Shown here piece after piece: positions 16,271 through 26,487 of a stretch of DNA of 64,000 nt. The number at the start of each line of letters is the position of its first letter. Position 1 is the stretch's first letter. Source of the stretch: an uncultured Rickettsiales bacterium. GTDB taxonomy: Bacteria > Myxococcota_A > UBA796 > UBA9615. Below the pieces are notes generated by a model. It made no database searches, was not told the DNA's origin, and worked only from the letters and a program-made list of their open reading frames with translations. A program made the translations under genes and the position numbers. Where the stretch lies: positions 9,018 to 73,017 of the forward strand of contig CAZUHI010000012.1 of NCBI GenBank assembly GCA_964620495.1, read 5' to 3'.

Positions 16271-17592
16271 GCGCGCGCAGCGACGAGCTCATCGGGCAGG
16301 CGACGTACGCCGTCGGCCGCGCCCTCACCGCGGGCGCGGCCGACGCCGTCGCCTCCGCCTCCTGGGGCCGCTCCCTCGACTTCGCGTGGCGTGAGGGCAA
16401 GCTCGAGAAGGTCCAGGAGAACACGAGCCGCTCCCTCGGGATCGCGGTCTACGTGGACGGGCGCTACTCCACTCACGGCACCAACGACCTGGATCCCGCC
16501 CGGCTCACGGCGTTCATTCGAGAGGCGGTCGCCCTCACGCGCGCCCTCGAGCCCGACCCCTTCCGCAAGATCCCCGACCCGGCCCTGTACGAGGGTCGAT
16601 CGGACGTGGACCTGGACCTCATCGACCCCTCCCTCGTGACGCTGTCGCGGGAGGAGCGGCTCGCCATCTGCGCTCGGATCGAGGAGCGCGCCCGGGCCCA
16701 CGAGGACGTGATCAGCGCCACGAGCGGGATCGCCGACGGGCACGGGATCTCGGCCCGCGTGAGCAGCAACGGCTTCTCCGGCTCACGCGAGCGCACCAGC
16801 CTCTGGTACGGGGCCGAGGTGACGATGCGGGAGGGCGAGACGAAGCGGCCCGAGGCCTACCGCTGGGTGGGCGGCCTGCACCGCGACGGCCTGCCCTCTC
16901 CGGACGAAGTCGGCGACGAGGCCCTTCGCCGCTGCGTGACGCGGATCGGGGCGGGCAAGGTGCCCAGCGTCCGCACCACGATGGTGATCGATCGCGAGGC
17001 TGCGGCCGGCTTCATCGGCCGGATCTTCGGCGCGATGAGCGCCCGCGCCATCCAGCAGAAGCGGTCGTTTCTCGCGGGCAAGAAGGGCGAGCGGATCGCC
17101 TCGGACGTCCTCACCCTCAGGGACGATCCGTTCGTCGTCCGCGGCATGGGATCCCGCCACTACGACGGGGAAGGCATCGCGGCGAAGCGACGCACCATCG
17201 TCGAGGGCGGCATCCTCCAGTCCTACTACGTCGACACCTACTACGGGCGCAAGCTGGAGTGGGAGCCCACGTCCGGCAGCGCATCGAACATCCTCTTCCA
17301 GCACGGAGAGGAGGGGCGGGACGAGCTGCTCACCGCGGCCGACTCCGGGATCTACGTCGAGTCGTGGCTGGGGGGGAACGCGAACCCCACCACCGGCGAC
17401 TTCTCGTTCGGCGTCCGCGGCCGGCTGATCGAGGGCGGCTCCCTGGGAGCCCCCGTCTCGGAGATGAACGTCACCGGCAACTACCTGGACATCCTCCAGC
17501 ACCTCGCCGCGGTGGGGAACGACCCCGTCCCGTGGTCGGCGTTCCGGGCGCCCACGCTCGCCTTCGAGGACGTCCAGTTCAGCGGGACGTGA
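16267..17592 (+). CDS. pmbA: Metalloprotease partner PmbA/TldE
   Basis: ATGA overlap with tldD. Family-typical SRSLGIAVYVDGRY, GDFSFGVRG.LIEGG and an AFE.VQFSG C-terminus. Confidence 0.9.
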   Translation: MSARSDELIGQATYAVGRALTAGAADAVASASWGRSLDFAWREGKLEKVQENTSRSLGIAVYVDGRYSTHGTNDLDPARLTAFIREAVALTRALEPDPFRKIPDPALYEGRSDVDLDLIDPSLVTLSREERLAICARIEERARAHEDVISATSGIADGHGISARVSSNGFSGSRERTSLWYGAEVTMREGETKRPEAYRWVGGLHRDGLPSPDEVGDEALRRCVTRIGAGKVPSVRTTMVIDREAAAGFIGRIFGAMSARAIQQKRSFLAGKKGERIASDVLTLRDDPFVVRGMGSRHYDGEGIAAKRRTIVEGGILQSYYVDTYYGRKLEWEPTSGSASNILFQHGEEGRDELLTAADSGIYVESWLGGNANPTTGDFSFGVRGRLIEGGSLGAPVSEMNVTGNYLDILQHLAAVGNDPVPWSAFRAPTLAFEDVQFSGT

Positions 17593-17596
17593 GCGC

Positions 17597-18373
17597 GTGA
17601 GCGCGAGCGGAGTCCGCATCGAGCGAGCCGAGCGCGTCCTCACGATCGTGCTCGACCGGCCCGCGCGGCGCAACGCGGTGGATCGGGCGACGGCCGAAGC
17701 CCTGGAGCGCGCCTTCCTCGCCTTCGACGCCGACGCCTCGACCGACGTGGCCGTGCTCTGGGGAGCCGGGGGCACCTTCTGCGCGGGCGCGGACCTCAAG
17801 GAGGTGGCGGCGGGCCGACCCAACCGCCTCCAGCCGGACGGGCCCGGTCCCATGGGGCCCTCCCGAATGCGACTGAGCAAGCCGGTGATCGCCGCGATCG
17901 CGGGCCACGCCGTGGCCGGTGGGCTCGAGCTGGCGCTGTGGTGCGACCTGCGCGTGGCGGAGGAGGACGCCGTGCTCGGGGTCTTCTGCCGACGCTGGGG
18001 GGTCCCGTTGATCGACGGCGGCACGGTCCGACTCCCTCGGCTCATCGGCCAGGGCCGGGCCATGGACCTGATCCTCACCGGACGCGCAGTCTCGGCCCCC
18101 GAAGCGGCCGCGATGGGGCTCGTGGACCGCGTGGTCGACCGGGGCGGCGCGCGGGCTGCGGCCGAGGACCTGGCCCGACACATCGCGGGCTTCCCCCAGG
18201 CGTGCATGCGGGCCGACCGGGCCTCGGCCTACCAGGCGTTCGAGGGCTCGGCGGAGGACGCGATGCGCCGGGAGTTCCTGCGGGGGGTGCAGGTGCTGCC
18301 CGAGGCCGTGAGCGGGGCGGAGCGGTTCGCGACGGGGGCCGGGCGCGGCGGCACCTGGAGCCCCGAGGACTGA
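17597..18373 (+). CDS. Enoyl-CoA hydratase/isomerase (crotonase) family protein
   Basis: LDRPARRNAV, GAGGTFCAGADLKE, AAIAGHAVAGGLELALWCDLRVA. Confidence 0.85.
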   Translation: MSASGVRIERAERVLTIVLDRPARRNAVDRATAEALERAFLAFDADASTDVAVLWGAGGTFCAGADLKEVAAGRPNRLQPDGPGPMGPSRMRLSKPVIAAIAGHAVAGGLELALWCDLRVAEEDAVLGVFCRRWGVPLIDGGTVRLPRLIGQGRAMDLILTGRAVSAPEAAAMGLVDRVVDRGGARAAAEDLARHIAGFPQACMRADRASAYQAFEGSAEDAMRREFLRGVQVLPEAVSGAERFATGAGRGGTWSPED

Positions 18374-18385
18374 GTTCAGCGTCCG

Positions 18386-21034
18386 CTACCCTTCGAGGAC
18401 GACCTCCTCGGCGGGCTCGCGCAGGTTGTAGCTGGACGCCATCGCCCGGCCGTAGGCCCCGGCGTGGTCGATCAAGAGCACGTCCCCCGGCTCCGTGGCG
18501 GGCAGGAGCCGGTCCCGACCCAGCACGTCGCCCGTCTCGCAGATCGGGCCGACCACGTGCGCGTACCCGTCGGGGGCCTCGTCGAGGCGGGAGAGGTTGT
18601 GGATCGCGTGCCACGCGCCGTACAGCGCGGGCCGAATCAGGGAGTTCATGCCCGTCGCGACGCCCACGAAGCGCACCTCGCCCTTGGTGCGCACCTGCGT
18701 CACCGGGGCCAACAGCACGCCCGACTCCGCCACCAGGTAGCGGCCAGGCTCCATGCGCAGCTCGAGCTTCATCGTGCGCTCACGCAGATCACGGAGGGAC
18801 TCGTTCACGCGCTCGAGATCGAGGGGGACCTGGCCCGGTCGCTCGTCGACGCCGAGGCCGCCGCCCAGGTCGAGCCACCGCACGTCCGGGAAGAACGAGC
18901 GCGCGCGCTCCAAGGCTTCGGCGGTGCCCGTCCAGCCCGACGGGTCCAGGATCCCGCTCCCCGCGTGAGCGTGGAGCCCGACGATCACGGCGTTCGCCTT
19001 CGCGGCCGCGTTCACGACGTCGCCGAGGCCGCTCGGCGGGTGCCCGAACTTCGCGTGTGCGCCCGCAGTACGCACCTTCTCGTGGTGGCCCAGCCCCTCT
19101 CCGGGATCCACCCGGAGGCCCACCGACACCCCCCCGAACGTGTCCGGCGCGGCCGTGAGCAGGTGGGGGCCGTCCAGCGTGACCTCCGCCCCGGCCTCCA
19201 GCGCCTCTCCGTACTCGCGCACGGGGCAGAAGTTCGGGGTGAAGAGGATCGGGACGTCGCCGCCGAGGACGTCGCGCACGCGTCGCACCTCGGCGGCGGA
19301 CACGCACTCCATCCCCAGCCCCTCGTCGGCGAGGGCCTCGAGGATGCGGGGGTGGGGGTTCGCCTTCATCGCGAAGAAGAACCGGTCGATCCGCGTGACG
19401 CGGGCCCGCAGGGCGCGAGCGCGGGCGCGGACGGTCGCCAGGTCGTAGACATAGCGGGCCGCCCCGTCCGCGCACAGGCCGGCGAGCTCCTCGCTCCGCC
19501 CCCCCCACCATCGCCCACGGACCCCCGCGTGAGTCGCGTGAGCGATGTCGGTCTCCCCGGTCGATCGGGCCGACTTCGCGCGCAGCAGCTCCCAGCTGGG
19601 GCCGAAGAGGGCGCCCGCGCCCTGGGCCGCAAACAGGCGCTCGTGGAGCTTGACCAGCAGCGGCCCGGCCGCGCCTTCGTCCACCACGAAGCTGATGTTC
19701 AGGTCCTCGCTGCTCTCGCTCACGAGGTGGACCCGGTGCTCGCGGAACGCCGCCATGGCGGGGCCCAGCTCGTGGAGCACCGTGCGGATGCGTCGCCCGA
19801 CGATCGAGACGACCGCGCACGGGTGGACGACCTCCACCGTGCCGAGCGCGCCGAGGCGGTCGAGGAGGGCTCGGAACGGCGCCCCGTCCAGCCCGCCCGG
19901 GATGCGGTCGAGGGTCACGCTCACCGCCGACTGGCTCGTGGCCACCAGGTCCACGGAGATGCCCAGCTCGTCGAACGGTCGGAAGGCGCGCGCCAGGAAC
20001 CCCGACGCGCCCCACATGGCCAACGTGGAGATCGTCAGGAGCGTGACGTCCCGCCGCTGGACGACGGCGAGCATCGCGGGATCGTCGTCTTCCTCGGGCG
20101 ACCGGCCGATCCAAGTGCCCTCCGCGTCCGGATCCTCGGTGTTGCGGATCGCGATCGGGACCCCGGCCCACGCCGCCGGGCCGAGGCAGCGCGGGTGCAA
20201 CACCTTCGCCCCCATGGCCGCCAGCTCCTGCGCCACGCGGTACCCGGTGCGGCGGATCAGTCGTGCCGTGGGGAGGCGCCGCGGGTCCGTGGTGAACAGG
20301 CCGTGGACGTCGGTCCAGATCTCGAGGGAGGCCGCCCCCAGCAGGGCGGCGAAGAGCGCGGCGGAGGTGTCCGATCCCCCGCGTCCCAGGAGGCAGGTCT
20401 CGCGACGATCTTCGCGTGAGGTCCGGGCGATGAACCCCTGCGTGAGGACGACGTCGCCGCCCCCTGCGGCCCGGGCGGCGGCGGCCGGATCGCGCCGCGG
20501 CGCGACCTGCGCTTCGAGGAACCGGTCCACCTCGGTGCGGCGCGTGAACTCGTCCGCCACGAGGAGATCCCGGGCGTCCACCCGTCGCGCTTCGACCCCG
20601 TGGTGGGCCAGGGCGGCCGCCCCGAGGTGGGTGGAGGCCAGCTCGCCGAAGGACATGACCCGCGCCCGCAGCCGGGGGGACGCTTCGCGGGTGAGGCGGA
20701 TCCCCTCCAGGAGGCGCGCGAGCTCGTCGAGCAGCGCGAGGATGGGAACGCACGCGGCCTCATCCAACCCGATGGCCGCCGCCAGCTCGAGGTGTCGGGC
20801 CCGGATCCAGTCTCGCGAGTGGGGGGCGTCGTCCGCGATCGCCTCCTCCACCGCGCGCTCGAGCCGATTGCTCACCTGGGACAGGGCGGACGCCACGATC
20901 CAGACCCGGTGGCTCGGGAGCAGGGCGCGGGTTCGGTGGGCGATCAGGGCCCACTTCGCCGGGGTCGCGACGGACGTGCCGCCGAACTTGAGGACCACCC
21001 ATCGGCGGTGAGCGGGGAGGGCAGGGGACTCCAT
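18386..21034 (-). CDS. Bifunctional aspartate kinase / diaminopimelate decarboxylase (LysC-LysA fusion)
   Basis: N-terminal VLKFGGTSV, ACT-like middle region, C-terminal PLP decarboxylase fold (FFAMKANPHP, ECVSAAE, HAHAGSGI, GGGLGV, GPICETGD). Confidence 0.9.
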   Translation of the reverse strand: MESPALPAHRRWVVLKFGGTSVATPAKWALIAHRTRALLPSHRVWIVASALSQVSNRLERAVEEAIADDAPHSRDWIRARHLELAAAIGLDEAACVPILALLDELARLLEGIRLTREASPRLRARVMSFGELASTHLGAAALAHHGVEARRVDARDLLVADEFTRRTEVDRFLEAQVAPRRDPAAAARAAGGGDVVLTQGFIARTSREDRRETCLLGRGGSDTSAALFAALLGAASLEIWTDVHGLFTTDPRRLPTARLIRRTGYRVAQELAAMGAKVLHPRCLGPAAWAGVPIAIRNTEDPDAEGTWIGRSPEEDDDPAMLAVVQRRDVTLLTISTLAMWGASGFLARAFRPFDELGISVDLVATSQSAVSVTLDRIPGGLDGAPFRALLDRLGALGTVEVVHPCAVVSIVGRRIRTVLHELGPAMAAFREHRVHLVSESSEDLNISFVVDEGAAGPLLVKLHERLFAAQGAGALFGPSWELLRAKSARSTGETDIAHATHAGVRGRWWGGRSEELAGLCADGAARYVYDLATVRARARALRARVTRIDRFFFAMKANPHPRILEALADEGLGMECVSAAEVRRVRDVLGGDVPILFTPNFCPVREYGEALEAGAEVTLDGPHLLTAAPDTFGGVSVGLRVDPGEGLGHHEKVRTAGAHAKFGHPPSGLGDVVNAAAKANAVIVGLHAHAGSGILDPSGWTGTAEALERARSFFPDVRWLDLGGGLGVDERPGQVPLDLERVNESLRDLRERTMKLELRMEPGRYLVAESGVLLAPVTQVRTKGEVRFVGVATGMNSLIRPALYGAWHAIHNLSRLDEAPDGYAHVVGPICETGDVLGRDRLLPATEPGDVLLIDHAGAYGRAMASSYNLREPAEEVVLEG
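19526..19544. repeat. 19-nt exact repeat CGCGTGAGTCGCGTGAGCG (copy 2)
   Basis: Identical to 13792-13810. Lies inside the lysC-lysA fusion gene on the non-coding strand. Confidence 0.6.
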
Positions 21035-21138
21035 CGGAACTCCATGGGCGGGATCAGGCGTTCGAGGGGAGCCTAGAGCATGGTGCGCGATCCGGGGTCC
21101 GGGGGGCGCCCGCGCGGCCCCTCTGGCATCTTGGGGTC

Positions 21139-23043
21139 ATGGGTGAGCAGAACATCGCGCGCGGGTCGGATGCGCGCCTGCGGGAATTCACGCGGGCGCT
21201 TCTGGACGACGTCGAGGCCCTGGGTCGATTGCTGGAGACCGACCTCGTCGAGCGAGACGTCCGTCGAATCGGGGCCGAGCAGGAGATGTTCCTGGTCGAC
21301 TCGAGCTGGGGGCCTTCGCCCCGCGGTCCGGAGATCCTCGCGGGGCTGACGGACCCCCGGTTCACCGGCGAGCTGGGCAGGTTCAACCTCGAGGCGAACC
21401 TGCTGCCCATGGAGTTCGGGGGCGACTGCCTGCGGCGCATGGAGAACGAGGTGCTGGAGCTGCTCGGCCTGGCCCACGAGGCGGCGGGACGCCACGGAGC
21501 CGGGGTGGTCCTGGTGGGCATCCTCCCCACGCTCGATCGGTCCCACCTCGGGCTCGATTGGATGACGCCCAAGCCGCGCTACTACGAGCTGAACCGCACG
21601 CTGAAGCGGCTCCGCGGCGGCGAATTCCGGGCGGACATCGAGGGGCGCGACTCCCTCAAGCTGACCCACAACAACATCATGCTGGAGGCCTGCAACACGA
21701 GCTTCCAGCTGCACTTCCAGGTGGGCCCCGCCGAGTTCTCGGAGCTCTACAACCTCGCGCAGGTGGTCACCGCGCCGGTCCTCGCCGGGGCGGTCAACTC
21801 CCCGCTGCTGCTGAACCACCGCCTCTGGCACGAGACCCGCATCGCCCTCTTCCAGCAGTCGGTCGACGTCCGCAGCAAGGCGCACGAAGCGCGCGGTCAG
21901 CCCATGCGCGTGAGCTTCGGGGACCGCTGGGTGGACGACTCGATCCTCGAGATCTTTCGCGAGGACATCGCCCGCTTCCGCGTGGTCATCGCCACCGAGC
22001 TGGGCGAGAGCTCCACCGACAAGCTGGCGCGAGGCGTGCCCCCCGACCTCAAGGCGCTGTGCCTGCACAACGGCACCGTCTACCGGTGGAACCGGCCCTG
22101 CTACGGCGTGAAGGACGGGATCGCGCACCTGCGGATCGAGAATCGAGTGCTCCCGGCGGGCCCCACGGTCATCGACGAGGTCGCCAACGCCGCCTTCTAC
22201 TTCGGGCTCATGGCCGGCCTGTCCCGCGTCTACTCGGACGTCCGCGACAAGATCTCCTTCGCCAAGGCCCGCGAAAACTTCACGGCCGCGGCGCGGTCGG
22301 GTCTCCAGGCGCGCTTCCACTGGCTGGACGGCTCCATGGCCTCGGCGGACGACCTGATCGTGCAGCACCTGGTCCCGGTGGCTCGAGAGGGCCTCCAGAC
22401 CCACGGGGTCGACGAGGCGGACATCGACCGGTACCTCGCCGTCATCGAGGAGCGGGCCAAGGCGCGCAAGACCGGCGCCCGGTGGATGCTCGACTCCCTC
22501 GAGGCGATGGAGGACGGCAGCCGAGACGAGCAGGTGCGGGCGATCACCGCGGCCATCGCCGTCAATCAGGCCACCGACCGGCCCGTCCACACCTGGGCTC
22601 CGGCGGAGCTCGAGACCTCCCCGCAGTGGGAAGAGTCCTGGCGGTTCGTCTCCCAGATCATGCACACGGAGCTGGTGACCGTGTCTCCGGACGACATCGT
22701 GGAGCTCGCGGCCAGCATGATGCACTGGGAGAAGATCCGGCACTTGCCGGTCGAGGACAGTGAGGGACGCCTCGTCGGGATCGTCACGCACCGGGCCATG
22801 GTGAGGTTGCTCGCCAAGCCGGACCGGGCCGCGCGGGAGATCACGATCCGCGAGGTCATGACGCCGAACCCGATCTCCGTGGGCCCGGAGTGCAGCACCC
22901 TGCGCGCCATCGACGTGATGCGCGAGCACAAGGTGGGGTGTCTGCCGATCCTGCGCGACGGCCGCCTCGCGGGCATCGTCACCGAGCGCGACTTCCTGCG
23001 CATCGCGGGCAAGCTCATGTCCGAGAAGCTGCGCGGCACGTGA
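21139..23043 (+). CDS. Glutamate-cysteine ligase family 2-like carboxylate-amine ligase fused to a C-terminal CBS pair
   Basis: RIGAEQEMFLVD and FQLHFQV are typical of GCS2-type ligases. Two CBS motifs are present (IMHTELVTVSP...GIVTHRAMV and VMTPNPISVGP...GIVTERDFL). Confidence 0.7.
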   Translation: MGEQNIARGSDARLREFTRALLDDVEALGRLLETDLVERDVRRIGAEQEMFLVDSSWGPSPRGPEILAGLTDPRFTGELGRFNLEANLLPMEFGGDCLRRMENEVLELLGLAHEAAGRHGAGVVLVGILPTLDRSHLGLDWMTPKPRYYELNRTLKRLRGGEFRADIEGRDSLKLTHNNIMLEACNTSFQLHFQVGPAEFSELYNLAQVVTAPVLAGAVNSPLLLNHRLWHETRIALFQQSVDVRSKAHEARGQPMRVSFGDRWVDDSILEIFREDIARFRVVIATELGESSTDKLARGVPPDLKALCLHNGTVYRWNRPCYGVKDGIAHLRIENRVLPAGPTVIDEVANAAFYFGLMAGLSRVYSDVRDKISFAKARENFTAAARSGLQARFHWLDGSMASADDLIVQHLVPVAREGLQTHGVDEADIDRYLAVIEERAKARKTGARWMLDSLEAMEDGSRDEQVRAITAAIAVNQATDRPVHTWAPAELETSPQWEESWRFVSQIMHTELVTVSPDDIVELAASMMHWEKIRHLPVEDSEGRLVGIVTHRAMVRLLAKPDRAAREITIREVMTPNPISVGPECSTLRAIDVMREHKVGCLPILRDGRLAGIVTERDFLRIAGKLMSEKLRGT

Positions 23044-23048
23044 GCCGC

Positions 23049-24023
23049 GTGAGTGATGGTCTGCGCGCCATTCGGTGGAGCGAAGGCCGCCTGGAGCTGC
23101 TGGATCAACGTCGCCTGCCCACCCGCACCGAGTGGGTGACCTGTCGGAGGGCCGAAGAGGCCGCCGAAGCGATCGCGGACATGGTGGTTCGCGGCGCGCC
23201 CGCCATCGCCATCGCCGCGGCCTACGGGATGGCCCTCGCCGCCCGCGCGGGTGACGACCTCGACGTCGCACGCTCACGCCTGGCTCACGCGCGCCCGACG
23301 GCCGTCAACCTGCGGTGGGCCCTCGAGCGCATCGACTCCGTCGTCGCCCGGGGGGGCGACCTCCCCGAGCGGCTGCTGGCCGAGGCCTTGGCGATCCACG
23401 CCGAGGACGTCGCCATCAACGTCCACCTCGGCAGCCACGGGGCCGCGCTGCTGGACGGCGGGGTCCTCACCATCTGCAACACGGGCGCTCTGGCCACGGG
23501 CGGCCACGGGACGGCCCTCGGCATGGTGCGCTCGGCCCTCGCCGCGGGGAAGCGCGTCCACCTCTACGCGTGCGAGACCCGGCCCTACGACCAGGGGGCG
23601 CGCCTCACCACCTACGAGTGTTCGGTGGATCGCATCCCCTGCACCCTCATCGCGGACGGCATGGCGGCGGCCCTCCTGGCGCGGGGGGACATCGCGGCGG
23701 TCGTCGTGGGAGCCGACCGGGTGGCCGCCAACGGGGACACGGCGAACAAGATCGGGACCTACTCCCTGGCGGTCCTGGCGAGGCATCACGACGTGCCCTT
23801 CTACGTCGCGGTGCCCCGCTCCACCCTCGACCCTCGCTGTCCCGACGGGGCGTCGATCCCGATCGAGGAGCGGCCTCACGCCGAGCTGTTCGCGGGCCTC
23901 CCCGGGGTGGACGTCTGGAACCCTGCCTTCGACGTGACGCCCGCCGGGCTGATCACCGGCTGGGTGACCGAGCGCGGGGTGGCGCTCACGCCCGCTGAGC
24001 TTCCCTTTCCAGCGTCACCGTGA
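23049..24023 (+). CDS. mtnA: S-methyl-5-thioribose-1-phosphate isomerase
   Basis: LELLDQRRLP, VRGAPAIAIAAAYG, RPTAVNL.WA, TICNTGALAT, GADRVAANGDTANKIGTY. Confidence 0.9.
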   Translation: MSDGLRAIRWSEGRLELLDQRRLPTRTEWVTCRRAEEAAEAIADMVVRGAPAIAIAAAYGMALAARAGDDLDVARSRLAHARPTAVNLRWALERIDSVVARGGDLPERLLAEALAIHAEDVAINVHLGSHGAALLDGGVLTICNTGALATGGHGTALGMVRSALAAGKRVHLYACETRPYDQGARLTTYECSVDRIPCTLIADGMAAALLARGDIAAVVVGADRVAANGDTANKIGTYSLAVLARHHDVPFYVAVPRSTLDPRCPDGASIPIEERPHAELFAGLPGVDVWNPAFDVTPAGLITGWVTERGVALTPAELPFPASP

Positions 24024-24438
24024 ACGGCCCGTCGTTCACCAAGGCGACCTTCATGTCCGCGCCGAAGACCCCGGACGCGGTGGTCACCCCCGCCCCTTCC
24101 ACGGCCGCGCGGAACACCTCGATGAGGACCTGCGCCTCGTCCGGGGGACCCGACTTCACGAACGACGGGCGGTTCCCCTTCCGCGTGTTGCCGTAGAGCG
24201 TGAACTGGGACACGACGAGCACGCCGCCGTCGATGTCCTTCACGGACAGGTTCGTCCGGCCGTCCGCGTCCGGAAACAAGCGCATGGCGGCGGTTCGCTC
24301 GCCCAGCCGCCGGGCGATGGACTCGTCGTCCCCGAACGTGGTGCCCACGAAGGCCACGAGGCCCCGGTCGATGGCGCCCACGACGTGCCCGTCGACAGTG
24401 ACCGAGGCGGCGAGGCTTCTCTGCAGCAGGACGCGCAC
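23986..24438 (-). CDS. dtd: D-aminoacyl-tRNA deacylase
   Basis: 150 aa from GTG. VSQFTLYGNTRKGNRPSF and NDGPFT motifs. Convergent 38-nt overlap with mtnA. Confidence 0.9.
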   Translation of the reverse strand: MRVLLQRSLAASVTVDGHVVGAIDRGLVAFVGTTFGDDESIARRLGERTAAMRLFPDADGRTNLSVKDIDGGVLVVSQFTLYGNTRKGNRPSFVKSGPPDEAQVLIEVFRAAVEGAGVTTASGVFGADMKVALVNDGPFTVTLEREAQRA

Positions 24439-24452
24439 ATGGACTCCGGGGG

Positions 24453-24758
24453 CTAGTGCCGGTCGATGTAGACGGCCTCGTCGATTACTTCGGCGACGCC
24501 CAGATCCTCGATGAAGTCCGCGACCCGGCGCAACACCGCGTCGACCACGCCGGCGTCCGGGCCGACGGTGGCGAACCCCAGCGTGATGAGGTTGAGGACC
24601 TCCTGGTCGTCGACCTCGGAGGCGGCGATCTTGAACCGACTGCGCACCCGGTCCGTGATCATACGGCGGGGGCTGCGCTTCTCCTTCAGGGAGCGCACGT
24701 CGTGGAGGCGGAGGGTGACGCGCAGGCTGCCGACGATCATGGCCGCCGAGCCTATCAA
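24453..24758 (-). CDS. DUF503 (YlxP-like) protein
   Basis: About 95-101 aa. L.L.L.DV.SLKEKR pattern typical of DUF503. The true start may be the internal MIVGSL. Confidence 0.65.
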   Translation of the reverse strand: MIGSAAMIVGSLRVTLRLHDVRSLKEKRSPRRMITDRVRSRFKIAASEVDDQEVLNLITLGFATVGPDAGVVDAVLRRVADFIEDLGVAEVIDEAVYIDRH

Positions 24759-24787
24759 CCGGACCCCGCGCTCGATACGCTCGCCCC

Positions 24788-25939
24788 ATGGTGGCCCGCA
24801 TCCAGAACCGTCGCGACCTCCTCGATGCCGACGGGCCCGGGGGCCCCGGAGAGGCCCTCACGGCGCGTCGGGCGCGGCTGCTGGACGCGTTCGAGGCTGC
24901 GCTGGCCGCGGTGGACGCCGAGGGCGCCACCCGGGCGGCCCTCCGGGAGGAGACGCTCTCGGCCGGCCTGTACGTGCTCGCCTTCGGCAAGGCAGCCCGG
25001 GGCATGGCGCGCGCTGCCCTCGACCTCGAGCCCGTCGGGGGCTTCGTCGTCGACACGACGGGGGCCGACCTGGGCGTGTTGTCGGGCCGCCTCGGAGGCC
25101 ACCCCGTGCCCCATCCACGAGCGGCGGACGTCGGCCGTGAGGTGCTCGACTGGGCCCGGCGGCGCGGCCCCGAGGACACCGTACTGTGTCTCGTGAGCGG
25201 GGGTGGGTCCTCGATGCTCGAGCTCCCCGTGGACGGCCTGAGCCTCGATGAGGTCGTCGCGCGCACGCGGGCGCACCTGCGGGGCGGATCGGACATCTCG
25301 ACCACCAACGCCGCGCGCCGGGAGTGGTCGCTCCTCAAGGGTGGCAAGCTCGCGGCGGCGATGGCGCCCGCGCGGGTCGTGAACCTGGTCCTCTCGGACG
25401 TCGCGCCGCACGGTCCCGAGTTGGTGGCGTCCGGTCCGACCGTCGCCCCGGGCGTCTCCACGCGCATCGTGGCCGACGGGCTCACGGCGGCTGCTGCCGC
25501 GGCTCACGCGCTCCGCGTGGACGTCGCGAGGGAGCCCCTGGAGGGCGAAGCGCGAGTCCTCGGTCGCTCCATCGTGCGGGGGCCCGACGGCGTCTGGTTC
25601 GGCGAGCCCCGGGTCACCGTCGCGGGGCAGGGGAGGGGCGGTCGGTGTCGCGAACTGGCGCTCGCCGCGCTCCCGGGGATCGGCGACGGGGTCCTCCTCG
25701 CGGCGGGCACGGACGGCGTGGACGGGGTCCCGGGGGGCGCGGGAGCGATCGTGGACGCGGCCACGCTCCGCGCCGCCGGCCGGCGCGGCTTGGATCCGAC
25801 CCAGGCCCTGGCGGACAACGACTCGGCGACCTTCTTCGAGGGCCTCGGCGCGACGGTGATCACCGGTCCCACCGGCACCAACGTCGCGGACCTCGTCCTC
25901 TACCTGAGCAGCAGCGCGACGGCCACGTCTCCGAGGTGA
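24788..25939 (+). CDS. Glycerate 2-kinase / hydroxypyruvate reductase (MOFRL family)
   Basis: AFGKAARGMA, LVSGGGSSMLE, KGGKLA, GTDGVDG, ITGPTGTNV.D. Confidence 0.8.
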   Translation: MVARIQNRRDLLDADGPGGPGEALTARRARLLDAFEAALAAVDAEGATRAALREETLSAGLYVLAFGKAARGMARAALDLEPVGGFVVDTTGADLGVLSGRLGGHPVPHPRAADVGREVLDWARRRGPEDTVLCLVSGGGSSMLELPVDGLSLDEVVARTRAHLRGGSDISTTNAARREWSLLKGGKLAAAMAPARVVNLVLSDVAPHGPELVASGPTVAPGVSTRIVADGLTAAAAAAHALRVDVAREPLEGEARVLGRSIVRGPDGVWFGEPRVTVAGQGRGGRCRELALAALPGIGDGVLLAAGTDGVDGVPGGAGAIVDAATLRAAGRRGLDPTQALADNDSATFFEGLGATVITGPTGTNVADLVLYLSSSATATSPR

Positions 25940-26487
25940 CGCGCGACCCCCTGGTCGACGCCCTCCCCCGGCGTGAACGGAGCGACGGCCCGCTCGGCGG
26001 AGATCGCGTAGCGGGTCACGAGGTGGCTGAGGGACACGAGGGACAGCGGGTCGACCTCCCGGCCCAGGTCCATCGCCCCCAGCAGGTCCCGGGCCCGCGT
26101 GAGCCCCTCCGTGGCCTGGCGCTCACGCAGGTGTTCGGGGAGCGCGCCCTCGTTGAGGGTGGCCCGAAGCAGCAACCGCAGGGCAGCCTTCCGACTGCGG
26201 GCGAAGTGGTACAGCGCGGCCACCACGGCGCGCACCCGGGGCTCCGCGTCTTCGGGGAGGTCCGACGGGGGCGCGAACGCGGTCAGCTCGTCGTGAGCGG
26301 CGTCCAGGGCCGCGGTGTGCAGGGCTTCCTTGCCCCCGAAGTGGTAGTTGAGGGTCGCGACGTTCACCTTCGCGAGCCGGGCCACGGTGCGGGTGGTGGT
26401 GCCCGCGTAGCCCTCGCGAGAGAAGCACCAGGAGGCGGCGTCGAGGATCTTGCGCCGGGTCTCGTCGGCGCGCCCTTCGGTCCTCAT
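25900..26487 (-). CDS. TetR/AcrR family transcriptional regulator
   Basis: HTH GYAGTTTRTVARLAKVNVATLNYHFGGKEAL. ATGA overlap with the upstream phyH-like gene. Confidence 0.85.
   Translation of the reverse strand: MRTEGRADETRRKILDAASWCFSREGYAGTTTRTVARLAKVNVATLNYHFGGKEALHTAALDAAHDELTAFAPPSDLPEDAEPRVRAVVAALYHFARSRKAALRLLLRATLNEGALPEHLRERQATEGLTRARDLLGAMDLGREVDPLSLVSLSHLVTRYAISAERAVAPFTPGEGVDQGVARHLGDVAVALLLR

Noticed and set aside
21035-21138. Possible lysine riboswitch (L-box) upstream of the lysC-lysA fusion.
   Set aside because: Only 104 bp separate the divergent start codons, which is shorter than an L-box (~180 nt). I could not recognise its conserved helices.
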